From Fidelibacterota bacterium (GTDB lineage Bacteria; Fidelibacterota; Marinisomatia; Marinisomatales; TCS55), in the NCBI GenBank assembly GCA_046861385.1, contig JBHHTW010000015.1:1-47551 (forward strand): a stretch of 47,551 nt of DNA, written 5' to 3'. The notes beneath the pieces are model-generated. The model was not told where the DNA came from. It was given only the letters and a program-made list of their open reading frames with translations, and did not search any database. Position 1 is the first letter of the stretch. The number at the start of each line of letters is the position of its first letter. Both the position numbers and the translations under genes were made by a program. Below are positions 37,423 to 47,497 of this stretch, piece after piece.

Positions 37423-38772
37423 ATGAAGATTGTATTAATTGGCGCCGGAGAAGTGGGATTTCACGTTGCGAAGGCATTAATCGAAGATGGACACGATATC
37501 ACTGCTGTTGATATTAATCCTGAAAAATGCAGGCGTATAACCGAAAATTTAGATGCCATAAGCGTGGAAGGAAATGGAGCCAGCCCTAAAATCCTACATA
37601 AAGCAGGCGTGGAAAATGCCGATTACGTTTTATCTCTTACACGCGTCGATGAAGTTAATCTTATTGCTGCCCAACAAGCACTTGTATTAGGTGCGAAACA
37701 CAATATCGCTCGTCTGCGAAACCAGCAATACAGCCATCGAAATTCCATTATTAAGCCTGAAAAATTTGGCGTTGATCTTGTCATCCACCCGGAACAGGAA
37801 GCTTGCAATGAAATAGGGCGGTTGGTTCGTCATCCCTATGCAACTCAAGTGATGGATTTCGAAGACGGCCGATTGCAAATGCTTGGTTTTCAACTCGGGA
37901 ATGGTTGTTCCCAACTGATTGGTAAAAATGTCAGGGAAACGTGTGAGCATACGGAGGATTATAAATTTGGAATTATTACTGTCCTGCGAAATACTGAAAC
38001 GATTGTGCCTTGGGCAGATTTCGTATTTGAGGATGGTGATATAGTATATTTTATTCTTCGGACTGAAAATGTTCAGCATTTAAAAGCAATGTTGGGGAAA
38101 GCTTCAGATTATTCGAAACGAATAATGATCATCGGAGGTAGTAAACTTGGCAGATCTTTAGCCGAAAATTTACAGGATGAAATGAACATTCGTTTGGTAG
38201 AAAAAAATCGCGATAAAGCTGAGCATATCGCCAATACGTTTGATAATATTATGGTTATTAATGCCGATGGAACGGATATTGAATTTTTAAAATCTGAAAA
38301 TGTACAAGATATTGATAGCTTTATAGCAGTTTCAGCTAATGAGCAAACCAATATTTTATCCGGTATGCTTGCCCATCATTTTGGGGTTTTGCAATCTGTA
38401 ATTCACGTAAACACAACGGAATTTTTACCAATTATCCAGGAACTGGGTATTGGTCCTATTATCAGTAAAAATATGAGTACTGTAAATACTATCTTGCGGA
38501 AAATTCGAAGTGATATATCTGATACATCCGTCTTTACATTTGAAGAAATTGATGTCGATGTTCTTGAATTGCAGCCCGAACCGGGAAGTCGGGTTACATT
38601 GATGGAACTATCTGAATTATCATTTCCAAAAGACAGTATTGTTGGTGTGATAAACCATCATGGTCATTTAAACATTGCAAGGGGTAATTCCAGATTGACT
38701 GCAGAGGATACAGCATTGGTATTTGCTAAGAAAAATGCGTTTAATGCTGTTCGCAAGCTCTTCCGAGCATAA
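37423..38772 (+). CDS. trkA: Trk potassium uptake protein TrkA
   Basis: Two RCK-N/RCK-C pairs (GAGEVG and GGSKLG), adjacent to trkH. Confidence 0.93.
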   Translation: MKIVLIGAGEVGFHVAKALIEDGHDITAVDINPEKCRRITENLDAISVEGNGASPKILHKAGVENADYVLSLTRVDEVNLIAAQQALVLGAKHNIARLRNQQYSHRNSIIKPEKFGVDLVIHPEQEACNEIGRLVRHPYATQVMDFEDGRLQMLGFQLGNGCSQLIGKNVRETCEHTEDYKFGIITVLRNTETIVPWADFVFEDGDIVYFILRTENVQHLKAMLGKASDYSKRIMIIGGSKLGRSLAENLQDEMNIRLVEKNRDKAEHIANTFDNIMVINADGTDIEFLKSENVQDIDSFIAVSANEQTNILSGMLAHHFGVLQSVIHVNTTEFLPIIQELGIGPIISKNMSTVNTILRKIRSDISDTSVFTFEEIDVDVLELQPEPGSRVTLMELSELSFPKDSIVGVINHHGHLNIARGNSRLTAEDTALVFAKKNAFNAVRKLFRA

Positions 38773-40241
38773 TGAACATCCGGACTATTAATAATATAAT
38801 AAGCAGCCTTTTTGTGATCATGGGTCTGACCATGTTAATTCCATTAGGTATCGCTTATATGTACAATGAACCGGATTTTTTAGGGTTCCTCTGGTCAATG
38901 ACAATATGTTTAATAGTAGGTATTCCGATTTGGCTGATCACCAGAAAAAGCAGAACATTGACCAATAAAGATGGGTTTGCCATTGTGACCTTTACGTGGG
39001 TATTCGCAGCTGTTATTGGAGCTATGCCGTTCTATTTATCAGGAATGATTCCAAATTTTACTGACGCGTTTTTTGAATCCATGTCCGGAGTAACAACCAC
39101 TGGTGCATCCATTATTGGAAGTTCTGTTACGCTTCCCCATTTACCAAATGGGATTGAAAGCCTACCTCATGCAACCCTTTACTGGCGGTCATTCATCCAA
39201 TGGATCGGCGGTATGGGGATCATTGTTTTTTATATTGCGATATTACCGCTATTAGGGGTTGGCGGTGTACAGTTATTTAAAGCAGAAGTTCCTGGTCCGG
39301 TAGCAGATAAAATTCGACCGAGAGTGCGAGAAACTGCCAAATTATTATGGATAGTATATTTAGGTATTACAGCAGCTGAAATTATATTGTTGGCTATTAG
39401 CGGAATGTCTTGGTTTGATTCGATTTGTCATTCATTTACAACCATGCCTACCGGTGGTTTCTCAACAAAGAATGCCAGTATTGCCTATTTTGATAATCCA
39501 GCCATCCAATATATTATCATTCTCTTTATGTTTATCGCCGGAGTCAATTTTTCTCTCCATTTTCATGCCCTTACAGGTAAAGCAAAATCATATTTAAGAG
39601 ATAAGGAATTTTTAACCTATTTAGGGATAACTCTCATTGTAACCATCCTCATTTTTTCCAGCATTTCATCCGGAACTAATTCATGGTCTGAACATCATTT
39701 CCGGGATTCATTATTTCAGACTGTTTCAATTCTAACGACTACCGGGTTTGGATCCGCAGATTATGAGCTTTGGTCCTATTTTGCTCAATTTATGCTGTTG
39801 CTGATGATGTTCATAGGTGGTATGGGTGGATCCACAGGCGGCGGGATGAAAATTGTTCGGTGTTTGCTATTGGTTAAATATGCTGCCAAGGAAACGAGGC
39901 GAATGCTTCATTCCAAAGCAATAATTCCAATACGAATTGGGAGTCGATTTATTTCAGATGATGTCATAAAAAATACATTAGGGTTTTTCTTATTTTATAT
40001 GTCTATCTTTGCTTTAACAACTTTAATACTCACAACGATGAATATTAACTTTGAATCGGCCGTTGGCGCAGCTGCATCAGCTCTTGGAAATATTGGCCCA
40101 GGACTGGGTGCCTTCGGTCCAACAGATAATTATGCCTTATTACCTGCATTTGGTAAATGGATGCTTGCGTTTTGTATGTTATTAGGCCGCTTGGAAATAT
40201 TTACTGTTATGGTGATTTTTAGCAGAACATTCTGGAAATAA
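38772..40241 (+). CDS. trkH: Trk potassium uptake membrane protein TrkH
   Basis: FFESMSGVTTTGA, TGGFS, TTTGF, GSTGGG and MLLGRLE motifs. Confidence 0.94.
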   Translation: MNIRTINNIISSLFVIMGLTMLIPLGIAYMYNEPDFLGFLWSMTICLIVGIPIWLITRKSRTLTNKDGFAIVTFTWVFAAVIGAMPFYLSGMIPNFTDAFFESMSGVTTTGASIIGSSVTLPHLPNGIESLPHATLYWRSFIQWIGGMGIIVFYIAILPLLGVGGVQLFKAEVPGPVADKIRPRVRETAKLLWIVYLGITAAEIILLAISGMSWFDSICHSFTTMPTGGFSTKNASIAYFDNPAIQYIIILFMFIAGVNFSLHFHALTGKAKSYLRDKEFLTYLGITLIVTILIFSSISSGTNSWSEHHFRDSLFQTVSILTTTGFGSADYELWSYFAQFMLLLMMFIGGMGGSTGGGMKIVRCLLLVKYAAKETRRMLHSKAIIPIRIGSRFISDDVIKNTLGFFLFYMSIFALTTLILTTMNINFESAVGAAASALGNIGPGLGAFGPTDNYALLPAFGKWMLAFCMLLGRLEIFTVMVIFSRTFWK

Positions 40242-40257
40242 TTTCAGGGGAGGATTT

Positions 40258-41028
40258 CTGAAGCATATTATCATCAAATCATCTGAAGGTTTCGGATTCA
40301 TAACCATTAATCGGCCTCATGCATTGAATGCGATGAATTCTAAATTGATTATTGAACTTGACAATGCAGTTGGGCAACTCATTGAGGACGATACAGTCGG
40401 TGTTATCATCATTACCGGTAGTGGAGAGAAAGCATTTGTTGCCGGTGCGGACATTAAGGCCATGCAGCAGATGGATTCTGAACAGGCTCGCACTTTCGGG
40501 AAAACCGGCCAAAAAATGACACTAACGATCGAAAATTCTCCAAAACCTGTCATTGCCGCAGTAAATGGATTTGCTTTGGGTGGCGGGTGTGAGATATCGT
40601 TGGCGTGTCATATCCGTGTTGCAAGCGAGAATGCAGTCTTTGGACAACCTGAAGTATTGCTTGGGATTATCCCAGGTTGGGGTGGAACACAGCGGTTACC
40701 AAAAATTGTTGGAACCGGAATTGCCAATGAACTCATTACAACTGGCAATCAAATTACAGCACAAGAGGCTTATCGCATCGGATTAGTAAATCATGTTGTA
40801 GAACAAGAAGAGTTAATTAATACATGCAAAATAATGGGTCGAAAGATCCTAAATAATGGACCCAAAGCAATTGAAAAATCATTAAACTGTATTCATGAGA
40901 GTTTTAATAAATCAATTGAAACCGGGCTTGACTATGAGGTCAATGCATTTGCAGACTTATTCGAAACAACTGAAACGAAGGAAGGATTAGCGGCGTTTGT
41001 GGAAAAACGGAAAGCGAATTTCCGATAA
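40258..41028 (+). CDS. Enoyl-CoA hydratase/crotonase (probable CTG start)
   Basis: ITINRPHALNA upstream of the track's start, AFVAGADI, ALGGGCE, FGQPE and PGWGGTQRL. Confidence 0.9.
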   Translation: MKHIIIKSSEGFGFITINRPHALNAMNSKLIIELDNAVGQLIEDDTVGVIIITGSGEKAFVAGADIKAMQQMDSEQARTFGKTGQKMTLTIENSPKPVIAAVNGFALGGGCEISLACHIRVASENAVFGQPEVLLGIIPGWGGTQRLPKIVGTGIANELITTGNQITAQEAYRIGLVNHVVEQEELINTCKIMGRKILNNGPKAIEKSLNCIHESFNKSIETGLDYEVNAFADLFETTETKEGLAAFVEKRKANFR

Positions 41029-41033
41029 TATCA

Positions 41034-42071
41034 ATGAAACGAATTGTCATCTTAGCTAAAGGCGCTTTTGATTATATATTAAGTAAAACAGGAAATATGC
41101 TCCTCAGATATCGCCCCGAGGATGTCATTGCAATCATAGATCCAAAAAATGCCAACAAGACTGCAAATAGGGTACTTGGATATGGAGGGGATATCCCCGT
41201 TGTTTCAAGTTTTAAAGAAACGCTTCATTTAAAACCGGATTCTCTTGTGATTGGAAATGCTCCTCAGGGTGGGATCCTTAATGATGATTATCGAAGTGAA
41301 ATAATTGAAGCAATACATTCTAAATGTGATATATATAATGGAATGCATGTTTTCCTTAACGACAATGAAGAGTTCAAACAAGCTGCGAATAAAAATAGTG
41401 TATCATTAATTGATTTAAGACGACCGTCAAAACAACTCCATTTTCCGAGAGGCTCTTGGTTAAATCGAAAAATTCCGGTATTACTTATCGTAGGGACTGA
41501 CTGTGATACGGGTAAAATGACCACTGCATGGGAAATAACATTACGTCTAAGAGAAATGGGAAAAAATATTGCCTTCTTAGGGACGGGTCAGACGGGGATT
41601 CTTTTGGGAGGAGGAGGTGTTGCTATCGACGCAACCATATCAGATTTTATGGCAGGAGAAATTGAACATCAAATAAACTTGATCAGCGAAGGGATGGATT
41701 TGGTCATTGTAGAAGGACAGGGGGCTATCAGCAATTATGCCTATTCTGGTGTTACACTTGGTTTGATACACGGTTCCATGCCTGACTTTCTCATCATGAC
41801 ACATGATCCAGGACGAGAATTAGATGTTTTGGAATACCCTATGCCTGATATCCAGAAATTGATCGATCTTCACTTGGATCTTTTGTCTCCATTTAAAAAA
41901 TCAAAATTTATCGGATTTAATCTATTGACCTATAAAATGGATGAACAATCCGCGTTGGAATTAATAGAAACATTTTCCAAACAATATAATTTACCTGCAA
42001 CAGATTTGATCCGATTTGGAAATCGTGATTTGATTAATAAGCTATTAAATGTCATAGAAACATGGAACTAG
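41034..42071 (+). CDS. DUF1611 family protein (DgcN-like D-glutamate N-acetyltransferase)
   Basis: KTG..LLRY, NGMH, VGTDCDTGKMTT, GTGQTG and VEGQG motifs, next to an epimerase. Confidence 0.82.
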   Translation: MKRIVILAKGAFDYILSKTGNMLLRYRPEDVIAIIDPKNANKTANRVLGYGGDIPVVSSFKETLHLKPDSLVIGNAPQGGILNDDYRSEIIEAIHSKCDIYNGMHVFLNDNEEFKQAANKNSVSLIDLRRPSKQLHFPRGSWLNRKIPVLLIVGTDCDTGKMTTAWEITLRLREMGKNIAFLGTGQTGILLGGGGVAIDATISDFMAGEIEHQINLISEGMDLVIVEGQGAISNYAYSGVTLGLIHGSMPDFLIMTHDPGRELDVLEYPMPDIQKLIDLHLDLLSPFKKSKFIGFNLLTYKMDEQSALELIETFSKQYNLPATDLIRFGNRDLINKLLNVIETWN

Positions 42072-43093
42072 AATTCACGTCATATCGCATTCAGTGTATT
42101 CATCCTTTTGGCATTTCCCGAAGTACCCATGATTATTACGATGTAATTTACATTTATTTATCTCAAGATGGATTGGTTGGTCGTGGAGAAGCAGCTCCCT
42201 CAAAAAGATATAGTGAGTATCCGGATCAAATTTTGAAAATATTAAACCAATTTCCATCAATACCTGAATTTGATACCGTGGAAAAAGGTGATCAGTGGTT
42301 TTTTAGTCAATCAAATAATATTAAAGCATTGGAAGCAGCATTGAGTATGGCTTGGTTAGATTGGTGGACTCAAAAAAATAATATGTCACTGTTTCAATAT
42401 TTCGGAGCGAATCGGGATCATCGATTAAAAACATCCTTTACCATCGCCATTGGGGATTATAATCTTATCACTGAAAAGATTATGGAAGCAGAACCATATT
42501 CCATCATCAAAGTCAAATTGGGTCTTGGTATTGATGAGGATAAGCAAATCATACGGTTAATCCGAAATGAAACTGACAAATTAATTCGAGTGGATGCAAA
42601 TGAAGGTTGGGATTTGGAAACCGGAATAACGATGTGTCGATGGCTTGCAACTCAAAATGTGGAATTTGTAGAGCAACCGTTTAAAGCGGCAAATCTTCGC
42701 GATACAGCTCAATTAAAACAAAGATCACCTTTGCCTATTATTGCAGATGAAAACAGCATGAATTCGGGAGACCTGAAAGGTATTGCTCACGCATTTCACG
42801 GGATAAATATTAAATTGATGAAATGCGGATCAATGCTTGAAGCAATAAAAATGATAAAACTGGCCAGATCCCTTGATCTTCAAATTATGTTAGGATGTAT
42901 GATAGAGTCATCCGTAGGCATTACAGCTGCAGCTCATATATCACCCTTAGTTGATTATGCAGACCTGGATGGAAATTTGCTAATCAATAATGATCCGTAT
43001 GATGGAATGAAAATTATAGATGGATCCATTGTGATTCCCAATGGGAATGGGTTGGGGATTGAATTAAATTCGGGTCATCCTGGATTAGTTTAG
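42062..43093 (+). CDS. Enolase-superfamily dipeptide epimerase (L-Ala-D/L-Glu epimerase / DgcA-like)
   Basis: KVKLG, RVDANEGW, EQP, ADE, INIKLMKCG and DLDG motifs. Confidence 0.9.
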   Translation: MELEFTSYRIQCIHPFGISRSTHDYYDVIYIYLSQDGLVGRGEAAPSKRYSEYPDQILKILNQFPSIPEFDTVEKGDQWFFSQSNNIKALEAALSMAWLDWWTQKNNMSLFQYFGANRDHRLKTSFTIAIGDYNLITEKIMEAEPYSIIKVKLGLGIDEDKQIIRLIRNETDKLIRVDANEGWDLETGITMCRWLATQNVEFVEQPFKAANLRDTAQLKQRSPLPIIADENSMNSGDLKGIAHAFHGINIKLMKCGSMLEAIKMIKLARSLDLQIMLGCMIESSVGITAAAHISPLVDYADLDGNLLINNDPYDGMKIIDGSIVIPNGNGLGIELNSGHPGLV

Positions 43094-43501
43094 ATGAAAA
43101 TAAAAGGAATCGAACATATCGGCATTGCTGTGAAATCACTCAAAAAGGATGCTCCTTTTTGGAGTCATGTACTAAATATTTCACCTCAAGGGATAGAGAT
43201 AGTAGAAAATGAGGGAGTGACCACAGATATTTACAATACGGGGAGAGGAAAAGTGGAATTACTGGAATCGTTGAAAGATGATTCTCCAGTTACAAAATTT
43301 ATCGATAAGCATGGACCCGGTGTGCACCACATCTGTTTTGAAGTTGAAAATATTTACGATGCTATAAAAGAGTTATTGGAATCTGGAATTGATGTGATTT
43401 ATAAAGAACCTAAAAAGGGTGCAGAAGGACATTTGGTAACGTTTATTCACCCAAAGAGCAGTGGCGGTGTTTTAGTCGAATTAGCTCAAAAACAAAGTTA
43501 A
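43094..43501 (+). CDS. mce: Methylmalonyl-CoA epimerase
   Basis: IEHIGIAV, VELLE, GPGVHHICFEV and FIHPKSSGGVLVEL motifs. Confidence 0.9.
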   Translation: MKIKGIEHIGIAVKSLKKDAPFWSHVLNISPQGIEIVENEGVTTDIYNTGRGKVELLESLKDDSPVTKFIDKHGPGVHHICFEVENIYDAIKELLESGIDVIYKEPKKGAEGHLVTFIHPKSSGGVLVELAQKQS

Positions 43502-44148
43502 CCCCGATGGTAGTTTTTTAAATATTCCGGAAGATTAACTCCTTCTTTTAATCGTGAATCATCCACAGCATTCCCATACGTTTGAGTAATGGGAATCACA
43601 CCCGCCCAATAATTAAGATAATAATCTTCATCCTCATCCACAGGAGTTTTTGAACTGATTTTGGCAGATGCCTCATCAATAGTCATTTTCATAATGGCAG
43701 TTTGTTTTAATTCAACTTTATTGGGTTTTCGGGCATCATTCCATCGTCCCGGTGATAAATGATTAACGATTGCTTCAAATGCAGCCCACCTTTCCTGATG
43801 ATCTGTAATTATCTCACCTTTTCCAAATAACACAACAGAACGATAATTCATAGATGAATGAAAATGGGAACGAGCTAATACCAATCCATCCAATAACGTA
43901 ATTGTTACGCAAATATTATTGTTTTTTGAGGATTTAATTAATCGGCTTGCGTTAGAACCATGAAACACAACATCATCACCCATTCGGGCATGAATAGTGG
44001 GAATAACAAATGGTTTTCCATTTTGGATGATTCCAATGTTGCAATATAGTGCTTCATCAATAATAGAATGGATCGTTTCCTTACTATAATCAGCTTTTTC
44101 TGAAACGCGTTTGACTTTGCTTCTGTTTGAAATGGGATAATCGTTCAT
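43498..44148 (-). CDS. Pyridoxamine 5'-phosphate oxidase-like flavin-nucleotide-binding protein (NimA-like)
   Basis: PFVIPT, HGS and DGLVLARSHFHSSMNYRSVV motifs. Confidence 0.88.
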   Translation of the reverse strand: MNDYPISNRSKVKRVSEKADYSKETIHSIIDEALYCNIGIIQNGKPFVIPTIHARMGDDVVFHGSNASRLIKSSKNNNICVTITLLDGLVLARSHFHSSMNYRSVVLFGKGEIITDHQERWAAFEAIVNHLSPGRWNDARKPNKVELKQTAIMKMTIDEASAKISSKTPVDEDEDYYLNYWAGVIPITQTYGNAVDDSRLKEGVNLPEYLKNYHRG

Positions 44149-44150
44149 TT

Positions 44151-44408
44151 TCAATATACCTTTCTTCGATGGGAAATTCTGATAATGATAATAATCAATT
44201 CTTTGTTTTTCTTTTGAAATATGACTCGATAAGAACCGACTCTTAATCTGGCAAATCCCTGTTTTCCGCTGAGTGATTTTATTTGGTTCTTTAAAAAAAC
44301 AGGATTGGATGCTAAAATTTCCAGCTTTGTTTTAATACGTTTTTGCCAAATTGGATCAATACGTTTGAATTCAGCTTTCGCTTTTTTAAGAAATAACAGT
44401 TTATACAC
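44151..44408 (-). CDS. Type II TA system RelE/ParE family toxin
   Basis: Basic 85-aa protein with RLRVGSYRVIF and ISHRRKVY. Confidence 0.9.
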   Translation of the reverse strand: MYKLLFLKKAKAEFKRIDPIWQKRIKTKLEILASNPVFLKNQIKSLSGKQGFARLRVGSYRVIFQKKNKELIIIIIRISHRRKVY

Positions 44409-44641
44409 TAATCAAGCCCGAGATCTTTCCAAACCTCTTCTGCTTGAACGAGTTCTTCATTCCCTTCTTCCAATTCCTTAAAACGTTTTTCCGCAATTAT
44501 GATATCCAGTTCATCAAAGTATAGTTCAAGTGCCTTGACAATAATACCGCTTTTCTTATCATTAAGCTCCTTAGCAACACGATCTAATTCTTCAGAAATC
44601 GATCCTGGAAGTGTAATATTTATTCTATAATGTTTTTCCAT
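44408..44641 (-). CDS. Ribbon-helix-helix antitoxin
   Basis: RINITLP...ELD...KS.II.KAL RHH pattern, acidic C-terminus (EEVWKDLGL), 1-nt overlap with the toxin gene. Confidence 0.85.
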   Translation of the reverse strand: MEKHYRINITLPGSISEELDRVAKELNDKKSGIIVKALELYFDELDIIIAEKRFKELEEGNEELVQAEEVWKDLGLD

Positions 44642-44661
44642 ATTAATTGATTCGTTTATGC

Positions 44662-44697
44662 TGTATAATATACATCGTATAGTGTGTATAATATAAC
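44662..44697. promoter_or_regulatory. Putative TA autoregulatory operator (two TGTATA-A-TATA(C)A palindromes)
   Basis: tgtataatataca at 44662-44674 and tgtataatataac at 44685-44697, upstream of the antitoxin start. Confidence 0.55.
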
Positions 44698-44776
44698 GTA
44701 TTAAATTAAAAGAAATATTGTATTAATTAATGAATGTTTCCTTTTTCACATTTCTATATTCTAATTTCTAAACCTC

Positions 44777-47497
44777 ATGTCTGCCAATAAATTCAAACGT
44801 AAACGACTTTTCCTAATTGATGGTTATGCCTTGCTCTTCCGGGCACACTATGCTATGATTAAGAATCCGCTCATTACAAGCACCGGGCAGCATACCAGTG
44901 CATTATTTGGTTTCATCAATATGGTTTTCCGGCTCATTCGCCAGGAAAAACCTGAATATATAGCGGCAGCGTTTGATCGAAAAGAAAAAACAATTCGTCA
45001 CATCAAATACCCGGCCTACAAAGCTAATCGTGATGAAATGCCAATGGAAATGCAAGAACAATTAGATCATCTTTGGGAATTATTGGATGCGTTGAATATT
45101 CGAAATATCAGTCAAGCAGGATATGAAGCGGATGATGTTATTGGAACATTGGCTAAACAAGGTGAAGCGGAGGGACTGGATGTTTATATATATAGCGGAG
45201 ATAAAGATTTTGCCCAATTAATATCTGATCATGTCTATCTGTACTCTCCCATAGCCAGGTCTACAGAAATAAACATTATTGATCCAAATGGTGTAGTTGA
45301 TAAATGGGGCGTCCCACCTGATAAAATGATTGATTATCTGGGATTAATGGGTGATGCATCCGATAATATTCCCGGTGTTTTGGGTGTTGGGAAAAAAACA
45401 GCCGCTAAATTGATTCACGAATATGGTTCATTGGAAAATGCGCTGGAAAATGCGGAGAATGTTAGAAACAAAAGAGCGCGTGAAGGATTGTTGAATGGTA
45501 AAGAAAATGCAATTTTAAGCAAGGAATTAGTTACAATCATTACAGATCTTGATTTAAAATGTAGCATCGAGGAGTTTAAAAGAGAAAATTTTAATATCGA
45601 TTCCTTAACAGATCTATTTGTTGAACTTGAGTTCAACGCTCTATTAGATCAGTTGAGTACGTTCTCATCTGAGAAAATAGTTCAAGAAATAAAGTCAAAG
45701 AAATCCTATCAGACCATTACAAACATTGATGATTTAAAATTATACATAGATAAAATATCCAAAGCCGATATCATCTCGTTTGACCTTGAAACTGATTCTG
45801 TTTTACCCATGCAAACAGCATTGGTGGGATTAAGTTTTTCTATCAAGGAGAATGAGGGGTTTTATGTACCGATTCAATACGGGGAAAAAGCAAAAAATAA
45901 TTTTGGTAAAGATGATCTCCAGGTCGTTTTGGAAATAATCGGTCCATTACTTGAAAATCCAAAAATCAAAAAAACCGGGCAGAACATAAAATTCGACTCG
46001 CTAGTAATGAAAAATCATGGAATAAATGTAAACGGAATCGCATTTGACTCCATGCTGGCGGCTCACTTGGTAAAACCGGAGAGTCGGTCATATAAACTGG
46101 ACAATTTAAGTCAGGAATATTTGAATTATAGAATGATAGCAATCGAAGAATTAATTGGAAAAGGAAAAAATCAGATACCCATGAGTGACGTCGAATTAGA
46201 AAAAGCATCATTTTACGCCACAGAGGATGCAGATATTGCGTTACAACTGACAAAAATATTTCAAAAGAAAGTTGAAGAAGAGAATTTGGCAGAATATTAT
46301 TATTCAGTTGAATTACCGCTGGTTTCTGTTTTAGTGGATATGGAATATGACGGTGTTTTTGTGGATAAGGAGAAATTGTTGGAAAAATCTATTGATTTTG
46401 GAAAAAAACTCGATGGTTTATCTGCTGAAATAATTCAGCAAGCCGGGACAGAGTTCAACATCAATTCCACCCAGCAATTGGCAAATATTCTCTTCGATAT
46501 TATCGGTCTTCCACAGATTAAAAAAAGGTCAACAGCAGAAGATGTATTGGAACGACTTAGAGATGAGCATCCTCTGCCGGGACTTATGTTGGAATACCGT
46601 AAGTTGAATAAATTGAAAAACACGTATCTTGATCCCATTCCACAATATATTCATCCGGTCACAAAAAGAATTCATGGTTCATTTAACCAAACTGTGGCTG
46701 CGACAGGCCGCCTTTCATCCAGTAATCCAAATTTCCAAAATATTCCGATCCGAAGCGACGAAGGTCGCGAAATTCGAAAAGCATTTATCACTCAAGGGAA
46801 AAATAAAGTAATCTTTTCCGCTGATTATTCCCAAATTGAACTACGTATTATGGCACATTTGAGCAAGGATGCAGGTTTGCTCAATGCCTTCTCAAATGGT
46901 GAAGATATCCATGCACGTACTGCCAGTGATATTTATGGAGTTCAATTGGAGGATGTATTACCGGAGATGCGCCGAGTTGCGAAAATAGTCAATTTTGGAA
47001 TTATGTATGGTGCCGGTCCGTTTCGTATGAGTCAGGAGCTGTCCATTCCAAGATCAGAATCACAAATGATTATTGAAAGATATTTTGAACGATATTCCGG
47101 AATCCGAAATTATATTGAATCTACAATCGCCCATGCTGAAAAAAACCATACTGTCGAAACGATGCTGGGCCGACGGAGACCTGTATGGAATATTAACAGT
47201 GATAATCACATGCATCGAGAAGCTGCCAAACGCATGGCAATTAATATGCCCATTCAAGGAACTGCGGCTGAAATGATAAAATTGGCAATGATAAGCATTC
47301 ATCAGCAGATGAAAAAACAAAATATGAAATCTAAAATGGTATTGCAGATTCATGACGAATTACTTTTTGAAGTATTAGAAAATGAATTGGATGATCTGAA
47401 ATCAATGGTTGTTGAAGAGATGGAAGGAGCATTATCCCTCGACGTTCCTGTAATGGTTGATTGCGGCGTTGGAGAATCCTGGTTTGAGGCTCATTGA
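44777..47497 (+). CDS. polA: DNA polymerase I
   Basis: 5'-3' exonuclease (IDG, EADD, GDASDNIPGV), 3'-5' exonuclease (FDLET) and polymerase motifs (ADYSQIELR, QIHDEL). Confidence 0.97.
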   Translation: MSANKFKRKRLFLIDGYALLFRAHYAMIKNPLITSTGQHTSALFGFINMVFRLIRQEKPEYIAAAFDRKEKTIRHIKYPAYKANRDEMPMEMQEQLDHLWELLDALNIRNISQAGYEADDVIGTLAKQGEAEGLDVYIYSGDKDFAQLISDHVYLYSPIARSTEINIIDPNGVVDKWGVPPDKMIDYLGLMGDASDNIPGVLGVGKKTAAKLIHEYGSLENALENAENVRNKRAREGLLNGKENAILSKELVTIITDLDLKCSIEEFKRENFNIDSLTDLFVELEFNALLDQLSTFSSEKIVQEIKSKKSYQTITNIDDLKLYIDKISKADIISFDLETDSVLPMQTALVGLSFSIKENEGFYVPIQYGEKAKNNFGKDDLQVVLEIIGPLLENPKIKKTGQNIKFDSLVMKNHGINVNGIAFDSMLAAHLVKPESRSYKLDNLSQEYLNYRMIAIEELIGKGKNQIPMSDVELEKASFYATEDADIALQLTKIFQKKVEEENLAEYYYSVELPLVSVLVDMEYDGVFVDKEKLLEKSIDFGKKLDGLSAEIIQQAGTEFNINSTQQLANILFDIIGLPQIKKRSTAEDVLERLRDEHPLPGLMLEYRKLNKLKNTYLDPIPQYIHPVTKRIHGSFNQTVAATGRLSSSNPNFQNIPIRSDEGREIRKAFITQGKNKVIFSADYSQIELRIMAHLSKDAGLLNAFSNGEDIHARTASDIYGVQLEDVLPEMRRVAKIVNFGIMYGAGPFRMSQELSIPRSESQMIIERYFERYSGIRNYIESTIAHAEKNHTVETMLGRRRPVWNINSDNHMHREAAKRMAINMPIQGTAAEMIKLAMISIHQQMKKQNMKSKMVLQIHDELLFEVLENELDDLKSMVVEEMEGALSLDVPVMVDCGVGESWFEAH

